Shown: positions 1-18,359, counted from the first letter of the stretch. The stretch is DNA of 64,000 nucleotides from the human T2T-CHM13v2.0 reference genome, Homo sapiens (GCF_009914755.1 NC_060928.1), one strand, 5' to 3'. A program made the numbers and translations. The notes: generated by a model not told the origin, from the letters alone.

Positions 1-395
<395 letters not shown>

Positions 396-419
396 AGATT
401 TGCTTTTTAGATCCTTCTA

Positions 420-605
420 CATTTGTGGGGAAACTGGTGAACTCTGAATTGACCCTGGTGATCAGTTAATAGTAAGGGACCAGTGTTGGTTTCCACCAAG
501 CTACCCTGGAAATGTAAGATGTTACCATTAGGGGAAACCAGGTTGGGGGACTCCCTATGATCTTCGCAGCTTTTCAGTAAATCTAAAATTATTGCAGTAA
601 AAAAC
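420..605 (+). mobile_element. Old L1M 3' UTR fragment
   Basis: ATGTAAGATGTTACCATTAGGGGAAAC...CAGCTTTTCAGTAAATCTAAAATTATT resembles L1MC/L1ME 3' ends; subfamily uncertain. Confidence 0.55.
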
Positions 606-719
606 AGTAAAACATCTGGCTGGCTGGCAGAAGGGGAGGCAGCCTCTGTCCTGCGTGGCTGTCCCAGACTGGCTGGGGTGGCACTCTGGCTGTCCCTGGT
701 CAGTCCCTAACTCAGGCTG

Positions 720-1340
720 CCAAAGACGGTCGCCAGTCTAGGGAAGAAGCGGCCCAACGCGCTCCCCAAAGACGTCGCTGCAGGCACAGGGTTTAGGAAG
801 AACTTTTATTTTCTTCCTTCTGCTGCTGTGGGTTTTAATTTCCTGCCATTTTCATAATTAAAAAAAGAAGTGCTATTTTAGCACGAAACAATGTTTGTTT
901 AGCCAAAGCCAGAGTGAGTGGGCAGCAATGGCCGCGCGCCCTGCTCTGGGTGGTCCCGACCCCGGGGAAGTCCCTGTGCAGAACGGGGGCTGCGGGGGCG
1001 GCAGGAGGAAGTGGGGGGCGCGGCACCCAGGCCTCGCTGTCTTCCCTTCGAGGGACCTCGCGCTGCAAAATCCGAAGAGCCCGGCTGGGGCGGGGTCGCG
1101 GGGTGCGCGGGAACCGGGGCCTGGGACGGGGCGGGGCCTAGCCAGGGCCTCCACGGAAGCGAGGCCAGGACTGGGGAGTGGGGGGTGGGGGGGTCGTGGC
1201 TGAGTGGGTGCCCTGAGGGCGGTCAAGGACCCCGCGGGCCTCTTCTCCTGCCTGGACACTGCGCTTGCCTGGCTATCACCAGTCCCAGCCCTGCCGCCCT
1301 GGGGAGAGGGAGAAGGCGTGCAGGTGAGCGCTACGCCCTG
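720..1340. promoter_or_regulatory. Small CpG island / candidate regulatory element
   Basis: CpG-dense non-repeat DNA; GC boxes GGGGCGGGG at 1087-1095 and 1128-1136; G-runs at 1173-1193. Confidence 0.65.
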
Positions 1341-1416
1341 GGGCTGGCTCTGACCTGACACCAGGTCCCAACTGTAGTTGCTAAGGTCCTGCAACTAGTT
1401 AGAGAGGTGTTGTAGA

Positions 1417-1700
1417 GCCAGGTGCTCATGGTTGTAATCCCAGTGCTTTGGGAGGTGGAGGCAGGACGATTGCTAGAGCTTAGGAGTTTGAGATCAGTCT
1501 AGGCAACATAGCTAGACCCCCCCACCAAAAAAAAAAAAAAAAAAAAACGAAATCGGTCGTGGTCTTATGGGCCTGTAGTCCCAGGTACTCAGGAAGCAGA
1601 GGCGGGAGGATCGCTTGAGCCTCGGAGGTCAAGGCTGCAGTGAGTCGTGATCGTGCCATTGCACTCCAGCGTGGGCGACAGAGCTGAGACCTTGTCTCAA
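1417..1700 (+). mobile_element. Alu (AluJ-like)
   Basis: Alu dimer with long central A run. Confidence 0.9.
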
Positions 1701-1719
1701 AAGAGAGATTTTCGGGCCC

Positions 1720-2065
1720 TAACCTGGCATCTCTAAGTGCAAGCTCACTTGGAAATAGAGTCTTTGCCGATGTAACCAAGGTAAGATAAGGTTATTAGGA
1801 AGGGCCCTACTCCAATAGATCTGTGCTCCTCCTAAGAGAAAAGAGACTCAGGCGATGTGCAAGGCAGAGGCCACGTGACCACGGAGCCAGGGATCAGAGG
1901 TTGCCACCAAAGGTCTGAGGCAAGCACCGGAAGCTGAGGAGATACCAGGGAGGACCCTCCCCAAAGCCTCCCACCCTGCTGGCACCTTGTTTTCAGGCTC
2001 CTAGGCTCCAGAACGATGAGGGTAACTTTCTGGCATTTTGTGGTCCTAAGAAACTGGTAGGAGCG
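1720..2065 (+). mobile_element. MaLR LTR (MLT1 family)
   Basis: TTGGAAATAGAGTCTTTGCCGATGTAA..AGGGCCCT..GGCCACGTGACCACGGAG..CCCTGCTGGCACCTTG..CTCCAGAAC are MLT1-like motifs. Confidence 0.7.
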
Positions 2066-3542
2066 GGAACCTGGCCTGGGAGCCCCCCAGTCCAGTCCAG
2101 AGGTAGTGTTCATGGGGCTATGGGGGAGGAAGGAGGGCTCTAGAGGAAGTTGTCCCTCAGCTGAGAGCTCGCACAGCGAGAGGGGTAAAGTTCAGATTGG
2201 TGCTTGCCAAAGGTGGGTGTCTGACTGTCCAAGGGGTGACACCAGTGCGGGTCACCTCTGAGGCCTGGGGCTCTGCTTGCTTGGGTGGCCTCTCCAGGAA
2301 GCATCTTTGTGGGGAGATGGATTTCCAGTTGCCCCCACGACTGAAGCCTGGTCCTGATATGTGGTTTATTCTTGGAGGTGACCACTGGGACTCAGCCAGG
2401 ACACAGGGAGGGAAGTGGGGCTCCTCAGCTGGATTTCAGCCCCCATGTCCATCACCCCTACCCGATGGGGACCCCAACTCAGTGGAAGCTCTGCTCACAT
2501 GGCCCTAAGAGGCCTTGCAGTGCTGCCCTTGGGCTTCCAGTGGCTGCAGCTGTCACTCCCATGGGCCATCCCAGGGAACCAATGTGGCCTTTGGGCTGAG
2601 TGGGAGCTGGGACAGAGCCAGAACTTGGGAAAGGTGAGGTTCCAACCCGGAGACCAGAGTGGTTAGGCTGGGAAAGGGTTGTTGGGAGGGCCTCAGGGGA
2701 GGCCCTTCTGGCCCTAGCTGCGGCTCTGCTTCAGCTCTGGACCTGCTGGGCCCTGAGTTGAGGGGATGGGGCCTCCTTCCCTCCCCTCCTTGGAGGCAGG
2801 AGCCACCTGGGGCCTGGGAGGCGGGGCAGCTTGAGGCTGCTGGTTTCCACTTGGAAGCCCTCTTTATCTGGCCTGGGACGGAGAAAGGCTGGGGTCAGAG
2901 TGCACACATCTCCATGGAAACGGCAATGAGCCTGGCCCCTGGGGGACCCCAGCCCTGTGGGGGTTGGGGAGGCCAAGCCAGGGCTCAGGGGCTCCTTTGG
3001 CAGCAGCCTTTATAGGGAGGTCAGGGCCAGGAGGTACCAGACATGCAGCCATGAAGAGCCACATGGAAGGGAGAGAGGACTCTCCCTCCTAGGGCTGTAG
3101 GCCCCGAGTAGGCGGTGACTATACGGCTGACAGCCAGATACAGAGCTTTTCGTTAGAGAAAAGAGGAGAGTCATAAAGAGATTAAAGAGCCAGGCTCTGC
3201 CTGGCTGCTACTGTCCCTGACCACCTGCTCAGGGTCACTCTGGTCCCACCCAGGACCCAGGCCCCGCTCCGATGGCCTGTACCAACCTGCCTGAGGCCTG
3301 CCCTCCAAGGACGACTTCTCTCAGCCTTCAGGGATGGGGAAGCAGCCCTGGCTGTCAGAACGTCCCAGCAGTCTCTGTGCCCAAAGCATTACCCTGCGGG
3401 ACTGAAGCATCAACAGCCCACCCTGGAGCCTCTCAGATGAGCCCGGACGACACACCTGCAAATGGCGAGCACCTCAGACGAGGGCCTCCTTTCCGCAGGA
3501 ACCCACCAGAGGTGTCTGGTGCGGACCTGTTCCTTCTTGCTC

Positions 3543-3841
3543 TTTTTTTTTTTTTCTTGAGACAGAGTTTCTCACTCTTGTTGCCCAGGCTGGAGTGCAA
3601 TGGCACAGTCTCAGCTCACTGTACCTCTGCCTCCCAGGTTTAAGCGATTCTCATGCCTCAGCCTCCCAAGTAGCTGGGACTACAAGCATATGCCACCACA
3701 CCCAGCTAATTTTTGTATTTTTAGTAGAGATGGGGTTTCACTATATTGGCCAGGCTGGTCTCAAACTCCTGACCTCAGGTGATCCACCCGCCTCGGCCTC
3801 CCAAAGTGCTGGGACTAGAGGCATGAGCCACCACCCCGGCC
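3543..3841 (-). mobile_element. Alu (AluS-like)
   Basis: Full reverse Alu flanked by a TTCTTGCTCTT duplication. Confidence 0.92.
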
Positions 3842-5409
3842 CCTTCTTGCTCTTGAGAGCAACAACACACATCGCCTTTGGGGAGAGGCCCCTGGTGTGT
3901 GTGTGTGGGGGGATTGGGGTGCAGAGCTGGCCAGACTCAACTGCAAGGGGCTCAGGACCACCCGAGAGAGCTTGTCTGGGCTCAGGGAGGCTTGCGCTGG
4001 GCAGGAAAAGACCAGCCAGCCCCAGATAACTTTCTTCCAGGAAATCCAAACACACACTTGCATGTGTTGAATACATTTACATGTTGATTGTACTATTCAA
4101 AATGCAGATTTTTGGGGAAAAGTAGCCCTAATTCCAAATCTGTAGAATGAAATGAGATGTGGTGGTATTCCTCTTACGCTGCGGGGATTTAAATGGTGTT
4201 GGGGAGGTAGACAGTTTCCAGGCCTGTGCCCTAGAGGGATCCAGGGCCTGGAGAGGCACCTGTCCTCCTCCCCACAGCCAGAGGGTTTTGGCCACTACCC
4301 AAATAAGACACCTTCTAGGGGCTTCTGGTGGCCTCAGGTGAGTTCTGGCAGTGACTGCTGTGGGGCATCTCTTGGCCGCTGCCCAAGCCTACACTATGCA
4401 CAGGACCCAGCAGGGCCTCACCACGTAGGGTTTGGAGGAGGAATAAATAATTTGATAATCCCTTCCAGTGGGGACCCTGGGGAGGGCTTCCTTGGGCCCC
4501 AGTGTACTCCGGGCCAGTCCCTTCTCTAGTGGGAAGCAGAGGTAGCCTGTGGCTGATCACCGAGGGGTCTGTTCCAGCAGGCTTTGTTCTGTCCTGCCCT
4601 TGAGGCTCTTCCTGGACCTAAAACCTCAGGCTCCCTACTCTCATCCTGCTTTTGATGGACCCTGCCTGGCCTTAGGGACCTTTTTCTCATCCCTTTAGAC
4701 CAGGAGGAGTACTGGACTTTGAGCACTCCTGAGTGGCTGGAGAGACCTGGAGGATTTAGGAGTAGGCTGGGCCATGGAGCCTTGCGTCACAGCACCTGGT
4801 CTCAACAGCAGGGCACAGCTGGGTGCCTGTTTCTATCTGCAGGTGACCTGGCTGCAAAAGTCTGGAGGCTGCACCAGCAGATGTCTTGTTCCGCAGCCTG
4901 AGGTGTCTGAGTCCCAGGAACCAGGGCTGTGGGTACACAGCCTTGTCCAGAGAGCTCACGTCTCAGCTCCCACCACCCCTTCTAATACCCACAGCAGCAC
5001 CTGGAGTTGGGGCCTGGGCAGGAATCCAGTCTACCAGAAAAGAAATGAGCGCAGGCTGAGCGCCATGTGCGAGGCTCCCAGGCTGGCTTCTGCCACGTGC
5101 TTCCCATTGTACAGACAGCCTCCAAGGGGTGGAGGGGCTTGCCTGGCTCCCACAGCTCCAGCGCCAAAGGCTGTGCCTCTGCTGTGGGGACAGTACCCAG
5201 GATCCTGGGAAGGAAAAAAGCCACTGCTCACCTCCCTCTGCCCCTCATACCTGTCCCAGCCCCGAGTCTTCGTAAATGTCTCTGTCTCCACTGCCTGAGT
5301 TCAAGCCTGCTGTCCTTGCCACCTCTACCCCTCACCCCCATGTCCCCGACTCTAATCCAGCCCCTTCAGCTGCCATAGGTCAGCTTCTCCAGAAGCCTTA
5401 TTAGGGACA

Positions 5410-5785
5410 GTATCAGTCTGCTCGGGTTACTGTAGCAAATACCACAGACTGGGTAGCTTAAACATTTGGGAGGCCAGATACGTGAGATCAAAGCATTTCC
5501 AAAGTTGGTTCCTTCTTAGGTTGCCAGGGAGAATGGGTCCCATCCTCTCACCAGCAGTCGTTGGCATTCGGAAGCATTGCCCTGACCTCTGCTTTCCTCT
5601 TCACATGGCCTCTCCTTGGTGTGCCTGTCTCCAAATTTTCCCTTTTTATAAGGATACAGTCATATTGGATTAGGGCCCACCCTAATGACCACATTTTAAC
5701 TTGATTACTTCTGGAAAGACCCTCATCCCCAAATGAGACCACATTCTGAGGTACTGGGAGTTAAGACTTCAATGTATCTTTTTTC
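5410..5785 (-). mobile_element. MaLR LTR (MLT1A/B-like)
   Basis: ATACCACAGACTGGGTAGCTTAAAC...TTGGATTAGGGCCCACCCTAATGACC..CACATTCTGAGGTACTGGG. Confidence 0.8.
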
Positions 5786-5789
5786 TTAA

Positions 5790-8545
<2,756 letters not shown>

Positions 8546-9506
8546 TGCAGCAACCCTTGTTTTTTTGGGGGGGCCACAACTCAACCCATACAGGGGCCCA
8601 GCACCTGTGAAGGGACAGCAGCGGAGGCGGCGCGGGAGAGGAAGAGGAGGTGAACTGTGGCCACTCCTTGGTGGCTGGAGGTGGGTCCGGGGAGGCAGGA
8701 CCTGGGCTGAGGTGTCGTTCTATAGCCCGGGTAGCGCACTTTCACAAAGCTCTCCTTGACCAAACTCTCGCCAGGCTCCCCTGGGCCCGCTTCTCAGCGA
8801 GGGCTCAAGCTGGGCCTGTAAAGCTCGAGCAGACACTAAGGCTCAAGGCCGAAGGTGTTCCCGGCTCCCTGAACCTGCCTGACAGAAAACCCAAGGCCGC
8901 CGGCTCCGGCAGCACCTGGAGGCAGGAGCCGAACTTCCATGGGCGGCGGGCAGCAAATCACACCGGCTTCAACCGCCCGGCCCGCCCACTTTTTGCAGCG
9001 TCTGACTTCCCCGCTCGCCCGCGCCGCTTCCTCCTCCTCCCTGTGCCGCACGCAGTCGCCCGCGCCACCCCCTGAAGCCCGGCTCTACCGCAGCGGCGCT
9101 GGGGTAGCGCCCCTGGACCAGGCGTCCTCCCCTCGCGAGCGGTCCTCCCGCAGCCGCGCCCAGCTCCGGGTCGGACCCTCGCCCGGGGGACTCGTTCACG
9201 CCCTGCGGCCGTTAGGCGGGAAGAGCACGACGCCCTGCCCTGCCCCGTCGTGGCGTCTGACCCTCTCCGCCACGTCTGTTCTGAGGCTCCGGGCCCGCCA
9301 CGGCGGGGCCTCTGCGGCGGTTTCCCCACCCGTCCCCGCACTGCCGCTCCGCGAGGCGGACGCCGCTAGCAGCCTCCCGCGGGCCCCAGGCCCCGCGCCC
9401 CTCTCACGGGACAGGAGCTTGGGGACCCGCGCGGGCGGGCCGCGCGCCCAACGCCAGCCTCCGCGGCCGCGCGCCCACGGCTCGGGGGCGCCGGCTCCGG
9501 ACGGTG

Positions 9507-9530
9507 ATTGGGCGCGGATCGTGACGTCAC
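9507..9530. promoter_or_regulatory. Inverted CCAAT box plus perfect CRE
   Basis: ATTGG at 9507-9511; palindrome GTGACGTCAC at 9521-9530. Confidence 0.75.
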
Positions 9531-9722
9531 TGAGCGCGGCGCCCGCGGGCGCCGGGTCTGGGCCGGGTGCGCGCCGCCGAGTAGCGGGAGCAGGGCGCGC
9601 GCCCGGCGCTACTCTGAGGCGGCTCGCGGGGCCCGCGGCCCGGCCCTCCCGGCGCTGCCAGCCCCGCCCGCCCGCGCGGCCCCCACCCGCCGCGTGCCTG
9701 CCCGCCCCGCCCGTGCGCGGCC

Positions 9723-9798
9723 CCGGCGCGGATTTGAAAAGCCCGGTCCGCGGGCCCCGCGAGCGCGGCAGCCAATCAGCGGCGCGCACTTTTCCCGC
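9723..9798 (+). promoter_or_regulatory. CHR, NF-Y CCAAT and E2F sites in the core promoter
   Basis: TTTGAA at 9733-9738 after a GC-rich CDE-like stretch; AGCCAATCAGC with CCAAT at 9772-9776; TTTCCCGC at 9791-9798. Confidence 0.75.
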
Positions 9799-9799
9799 G

Positions 9800-10017
9800 G
9801 CTTCTGCGAGGCGGCGGCGGCCCCGGCTGCGGCGGCGGCGGCGGGCGGGAGGCGCGGGGGCGGGGTCGGCGCCGCGCGCGAGAGCCTCGGCCTGGCCGCG
9901 CTGCGCCCGCCGCCGCCGCCGCCCCCTCCCCGCCTGGGCCCTACCGCCGCACGGCCCCGGCCCCCTCCCAGCCTGCCGCTCCGGAGAGCCGCCCGCCGAG
10001 GATGCGACGCACCGCAG
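9800..10017 (+). other. NSD2: NSD2 non-coding exon 1 (5' end approximate)
   Basis: Lies just downstream of the promoter motifs; donor ACCGCAG|GTCACT at 10017/10018; agrees with my recollection of the NSD2 mRNA leader. Confidence 0.8.
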
Positions 10018-10067
10018 GTCACTGGGGCGCCCGCCCAACAGTCGCGGGCCGCCAACCGCCGGGGCTG

Positions 10068-10295
10068 GGGCCGGGAGGCCGGGCTGTGGGAGGCCTGAGG
10101 GGCGGCGGGGAGGACCGCGGAGGCCTGAGGGGGCGGGAGCGCCGGGAGGAGTGGGGGCACTGAGGAGGCCTGAGGGGCCGGCTCAGGGGCTGGGGGACCG
10201 GGAGGCCGGGCGGCCTGAGAGGGTCGTGGGGACCGCGAGGACCGCGGAGGCCTGAGGGCCGGCGGGAGGACCGGGCGGACCGCGGAGGCCGGGAC
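10068..10295 (+). repeat. Degenerate G-rich tandem repeat (GGAGGCCTGAGGG / GGACCGCGGAGGCC units)
   Basis: GGAGGCCTGAGGG occurs four times and GGACCGCGGAGGCC three times within about 230 bp. Confidence 0.75.
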
Positions 10296-11035
10296 GAGTC
10301 CGGGCAGGGGAGGGGCGGCGGCCTGCGGGCGGCGGCGGCTAACGGGGCCGGGCGGGCGGGCGCGGCCATGTTGGGCCCGGCCGGGCCCTGCGGCTGCACC
10401 TGTGCCCGGCCCGGCCGAGGCGGCCGCCTTTGTTCCCGCGGCGCCGAGCGGGTCGGGCCGGCCTTTGTGCGGCGCCCCCGGTCCGGGGCGGCCGCGGTGG
10501 GAGGGGCAGGTTGGGGTCCCGGGGCCGGCGCCGGGGCCAGGGGTCGGGCCGAGGGTCGCTTTTTGTTTGCAGGCGGTGTCTGGCGTTGACACTCGCGGCG
10601 CCCGGGCGTTGGTCAGCGCGGACGCTCCCCCGGGAAGCCGGGCCGCGGTCCGGCCCTTGGCAGGTGGAGGCGGGGGTGAGCCGGGTGTGGGTACCCTGCT
10701 GGGGGGCTGCGCGCCCTCGGCGTCCGGGCCTCCGCCTGGGATGTTCCCCTCGCCCCAGGATGCAGATTGATAGTCCTTGAAGCCTCAGTGCATGAGATGG
10801 GACCTGGCGACTTAATGGCTGGTTTTGCTCCACTCACAGGAACCGTGGTTTAAAATCTCGGCGTTTAAAAAATGCTGGTCTTAAGTTTCGGTAGAAATAA
10901 AATGGATGAGGGTATTGTATAGGACCCATTGCAGCACGAATCTTTCTGTGCCCACGATGGGCTTTGACATTCAAGTGGAAACATAGTATCAAAACTGATG
11001 TGGTGACGTTAATCGTTTTTAGGTAGATAACGTGT

Positions 11036-11167
<132 letters not shown>

Positions 11168-12080
11168 GACCCTGTGAAGACAAGACTAATTGGATAAAGT
11201 TCAGGCCTGGCTCAGGAGCAGCTCTTCAGTGCTACCCACCTGCTTCACAGACTTTCAAGCCTTGATTTTTAAATGAGTTAAACGCCAGCATCACGCATGG
11301 GTTATATTCACTCTATTTTGTGTATTTCAAATATCAACGTGGAAAATAACTTAGGAGCCATCCCATTTATGAACTTGGGACTTAAACTTTTTAATTTTCC
11401 CAAAATGTTTTAAGTGCCCTAGTTACGTATTTAAATGTGATGAGAACAACAATATTTTAAAGAGCAGAACGCCAACAACATAAAGCAAACAAGTTCTGTG
11501 AGCACAGCCTTTCCTTGTGTACTTGATGTGTGCTCTCATTCCCCACAACTGATGGTGGTTCAAATCTAAACTGCCAAATGGAGATGAAGAGGACTCATGC
11601 TTTAAGCACGATTACTTTGAGTCATTTCCTTTTCTTTCCTTCCATTTTCTCAGCCACCCAAACCCAGCAACCTTCAGTTTTGGGCTGATGGTTGGTAGAG
11701 TGAGGACTTACTGCACAATTTTGAGTTTGTGTAAGCTTTTGTGAAGAGCTCTGATCTCAGTACAAAAATTGTCCTCTCCTGACTGCATTAATACCAGAGT
11801 CTGGCCTCTGATTATAACAGTAAAGATTTTATTTTAAGAGTATGAGGTAATTAACTGAGAATTTGAAAGAATGATGGACAATTTATCGTATCTATTCGTA
11901 TGTAACATATAAACTAATATAACTTTTGGAGCCATGCACAACAAAATTATAAGGTCAGCAGGCTGCAGGTGCGACTTGCTTTGTTTCTATGCAATCAGCT
12001 TATCCAGGGCTTTCAAACCAGTACTTGCTGAAGTGTGCGGACCCAAATGAAGCATTAAGCAGAGTCCTAGAATGAGTCAG

Positions 12081-12172
12081 GAAGATAATCTGAATAGGTA
12101 GAAGACAACCCACTCCTCCTAATCCTGTGGGGCTTACATGGGTACAGCCTTCTGCCTATTCAGATTATCTTC
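12081..12172. repeat. 24-bp inverted repeat with 44-nt spacer
   Basis: GAAGATAATCTGAATAGGTAGAAG (12081-12104) pairs with CTTCTGCCTATTCAGATTATCTTC (12149-12172); 23 of 24 pairs Watson-Crick. Confidence 0.92.
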
Positions 12173-12384
12173 TCCTTCTAAAAGTAATCAAATCTTACAA
12201 AGTTTACTCACATGGCAGAATGTGAACTTTTTTTGTTTGAAGATTCAGTGTAAAACATGCAAAAGTAGCTGGAATTAGGCTTACTAAGCTACAGGATTCT
12301 CTTTACCAAGCAAGAACTTAAAAGTTAAGTGCTAAGATGGTGCTGAAGTTCATAATCCAAACGTATTTTGTCCTGTGCTATTTA

Positions 12385-12553
12385 TTTATTTTTAGAGACA
12401 GGGTCTCTCTATGTGGCCCAGGCTTGAGTGCAGTGGCTATTTCAGAGGAGAGCAATCATGGTGCACTTCAGTCCCAAACTCTTGGGCTCAAGTGATTCTC
12501 CCGCCTCAGCCTCCTGAGTAGTGGTTACTACAGGCACACTCAGCCTTCCTGGC
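12385..12553 (-). mobile_element. FAM (fossil Alu monomer)
   Basis: Monomer retaining the 7SL-derived segment GTGCAGTGGCTATT..CAATCATGGTGCAC that dimeric Alus lack. Confidence 0.75.
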
Positions 12554-13494
12554 TCTGCCCTGTCCTTTTTAGCTGGGCAAGTGGGCAAATAACCTTTCTA
12601 AGTAAATAATTAATCAGCAGCAACAGAAGCCATAAGGCTTTTTACTCATATATTCTGATCTACGTGTTTGGTTTTGCCTTTTTGTTTTTGTTTTGTTTTT
12701 TGGTGGGCTGCTCATGGCCATAGAATGCATACAACTTTGGATAAGCATTTTAGTCTTCTGAGCCTCAGTCTCTTGTTTTGCTTGATTGTAGTAAGTGTGA
12801 CCTTGTTCTCCAAATACGTGGTACCATGTCCTGACTCCAGGCCTTTGTGTGGGCTGTTCTTGGGTGTGGACTACCTGCCACCTGTCCTTCCTCTTTGAGC
12901 ATAATTCATGGCTTTTTAATGGCCACTTGTGACCTTTCTCCCCTGTTGGGTTAACTCTTAGAGGTAGGACTCTGTCATTGCCTTGGGCAGCATTGCCTCT
13001 GCTGGTGCATTCTCATGGCATACACTCAGTAAGTGCCGAATAAATGGGTATATGGCTTAGGGTAAACAAACAGCCCATTTTAATGCCGATATCTGGCCTG
13101 TTTGCCTCTCTGTTTTGTAAGTAATGGAGCATCTGGGAGAAGAAGCTGAGTCTAGAAAGGAAATGGCTTGGCTAAGGTCACTCTGAAACATTGCAAGTAT
13201 ATAAGTCCAACAAGTAGTAGAACAGATCTGTACTACCACCAAGATGGAGCAAGAAATCTACCTCGTCAATTTCTCTATCCTTGGTGAAGATAAAAAAATA
13301 TAAAGTACACAGAATACGAAAGAGGAGATGACATGGGGGCTTTAGAGGATTAGGCTTGTATTTGTAAACTGTATGATTTGCTAATTCCTTTTTAATGAAT
13401 GGTTATTTACAGCGAGTACTTTGGGGGAGAAAAAGACTTGTGTTGGTAACCCAGGGACTCTAGCATTTTATATTTGTCTATTGGTTGCAATATT

Positions 13495-15737
<2,243 letters not shown>

Positions 15738-16189
15738 TCATATATTTTTTGCTGCTATATTATGGAGGCTAATGATCAGAAAGCATTTTTCCGACTCCGG
15801 TTTTACTGTCTTCAGGTAGTTCTCTACACACTGCCTTGTCTTTCTAAAATACAGATGTCCTATGTGTCCCCAGTCTTCAGGGGGTGACTCTCACTGCCCA
15901 TTGGGGTTCAAGACGAGTCTCTCACTGGCTTTCTGACTCTCACTGCACTACTTGTTTTGCCCTCATCTCAGTTACTCAGCTCATCTCTTTCTGCCATGTT
16001 TTTCCTCTGGGCCTTTGTGTGGTCAATTTTTGTTCCTTTCTTCTGCCCATGTGCCCCCTTACCCCATGTGTTTGGGGGATAGGCATGCTTTCCCTCTTCC
16101 TTCCTTCTGCCAGGTCTCAGCTTGGGCCCCACACTGAATGCTGTGCCTGACTCCTGCCTGTTTTGGGAGGCTCTTGTCTTTTCCATCGT

Positions 16190-17165
<976 letters not shown>

Positions 17166-17442
17166 TACACAGCCCTCAGTACTTCGTATGCCTTAGGGGG
17201 CATAATATGTCCCAGAAATGGTGTGAATGAAGGGGAGTGGTGTGAGCATTTTGCCTTGATGTGGAGTTGGAAAGGTGGAGGGCCATGGGCTGGTGGCAGA
17301 GGTCACAGAAGAGCCTTATGCACCATTAGCAGGGCTGGAGAACTGTGACTTAACCAATGCACAGGAGGCAAGGCTGGGAAGGTGTGGACAGGTGGGAGAG
17401 AATGAGCAGAGGCAGCATTGCCCGGACTGGGCCATAGCGTGA

Positions 17443-18054
<612 letters not shown>

Positions 18055-18359
18055 TACACACATTTTTTAAAAAATGTGTATTTTTTCTTTCCTCTGTGAC
18101 TCTGGCCAGTGATCCTGCCTGTCTTTCTAGCATCTTTGCTGGCCAGTCCTTTGTGGTTGCTGTGAGATCTCATCATGCTGCCTGTAGCTCTTGTGATGAG
18201 CCGTGCCCTGTCCCATGGATCTTTGCATGTGCTGTTGCTTCTTCCTGAGTTGCCTAATTTTGTGTTGCTGTGGTGGTTTTATGGCTCACCTCTCATCTCT
18301 GTGAAGCCTTTCCCTATTTCTACCAGAACCGGGTGTTGCAGACCCTGGGCCCATGGCAC

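Larger units (their letters stand above)
8600..10870. promoter_or_regulatory. NSD2: Main CpG island, NSD2 promoter
   Basis: About 2.2 kb of very high GC and CpG content, repeat-free, surrounding exon 1. Confidence 0.95.

Noticed and set aside
835-5378. Many 60-175 aa ORFs in the GC-rich upstream region
   Set aside because: No recognisable protein, no consistent exon chain and no strand preference
8650-10837. Long overlapping ORFs in the CpG island (438, 327, 280, 196 aa and others)
   Set aside because: Stop codons are rare at this GC content; the products are low-complexity Ala/Arg/Pro/Gly, occur in most frames on both strands, mostly lack ATG starts and show no domain
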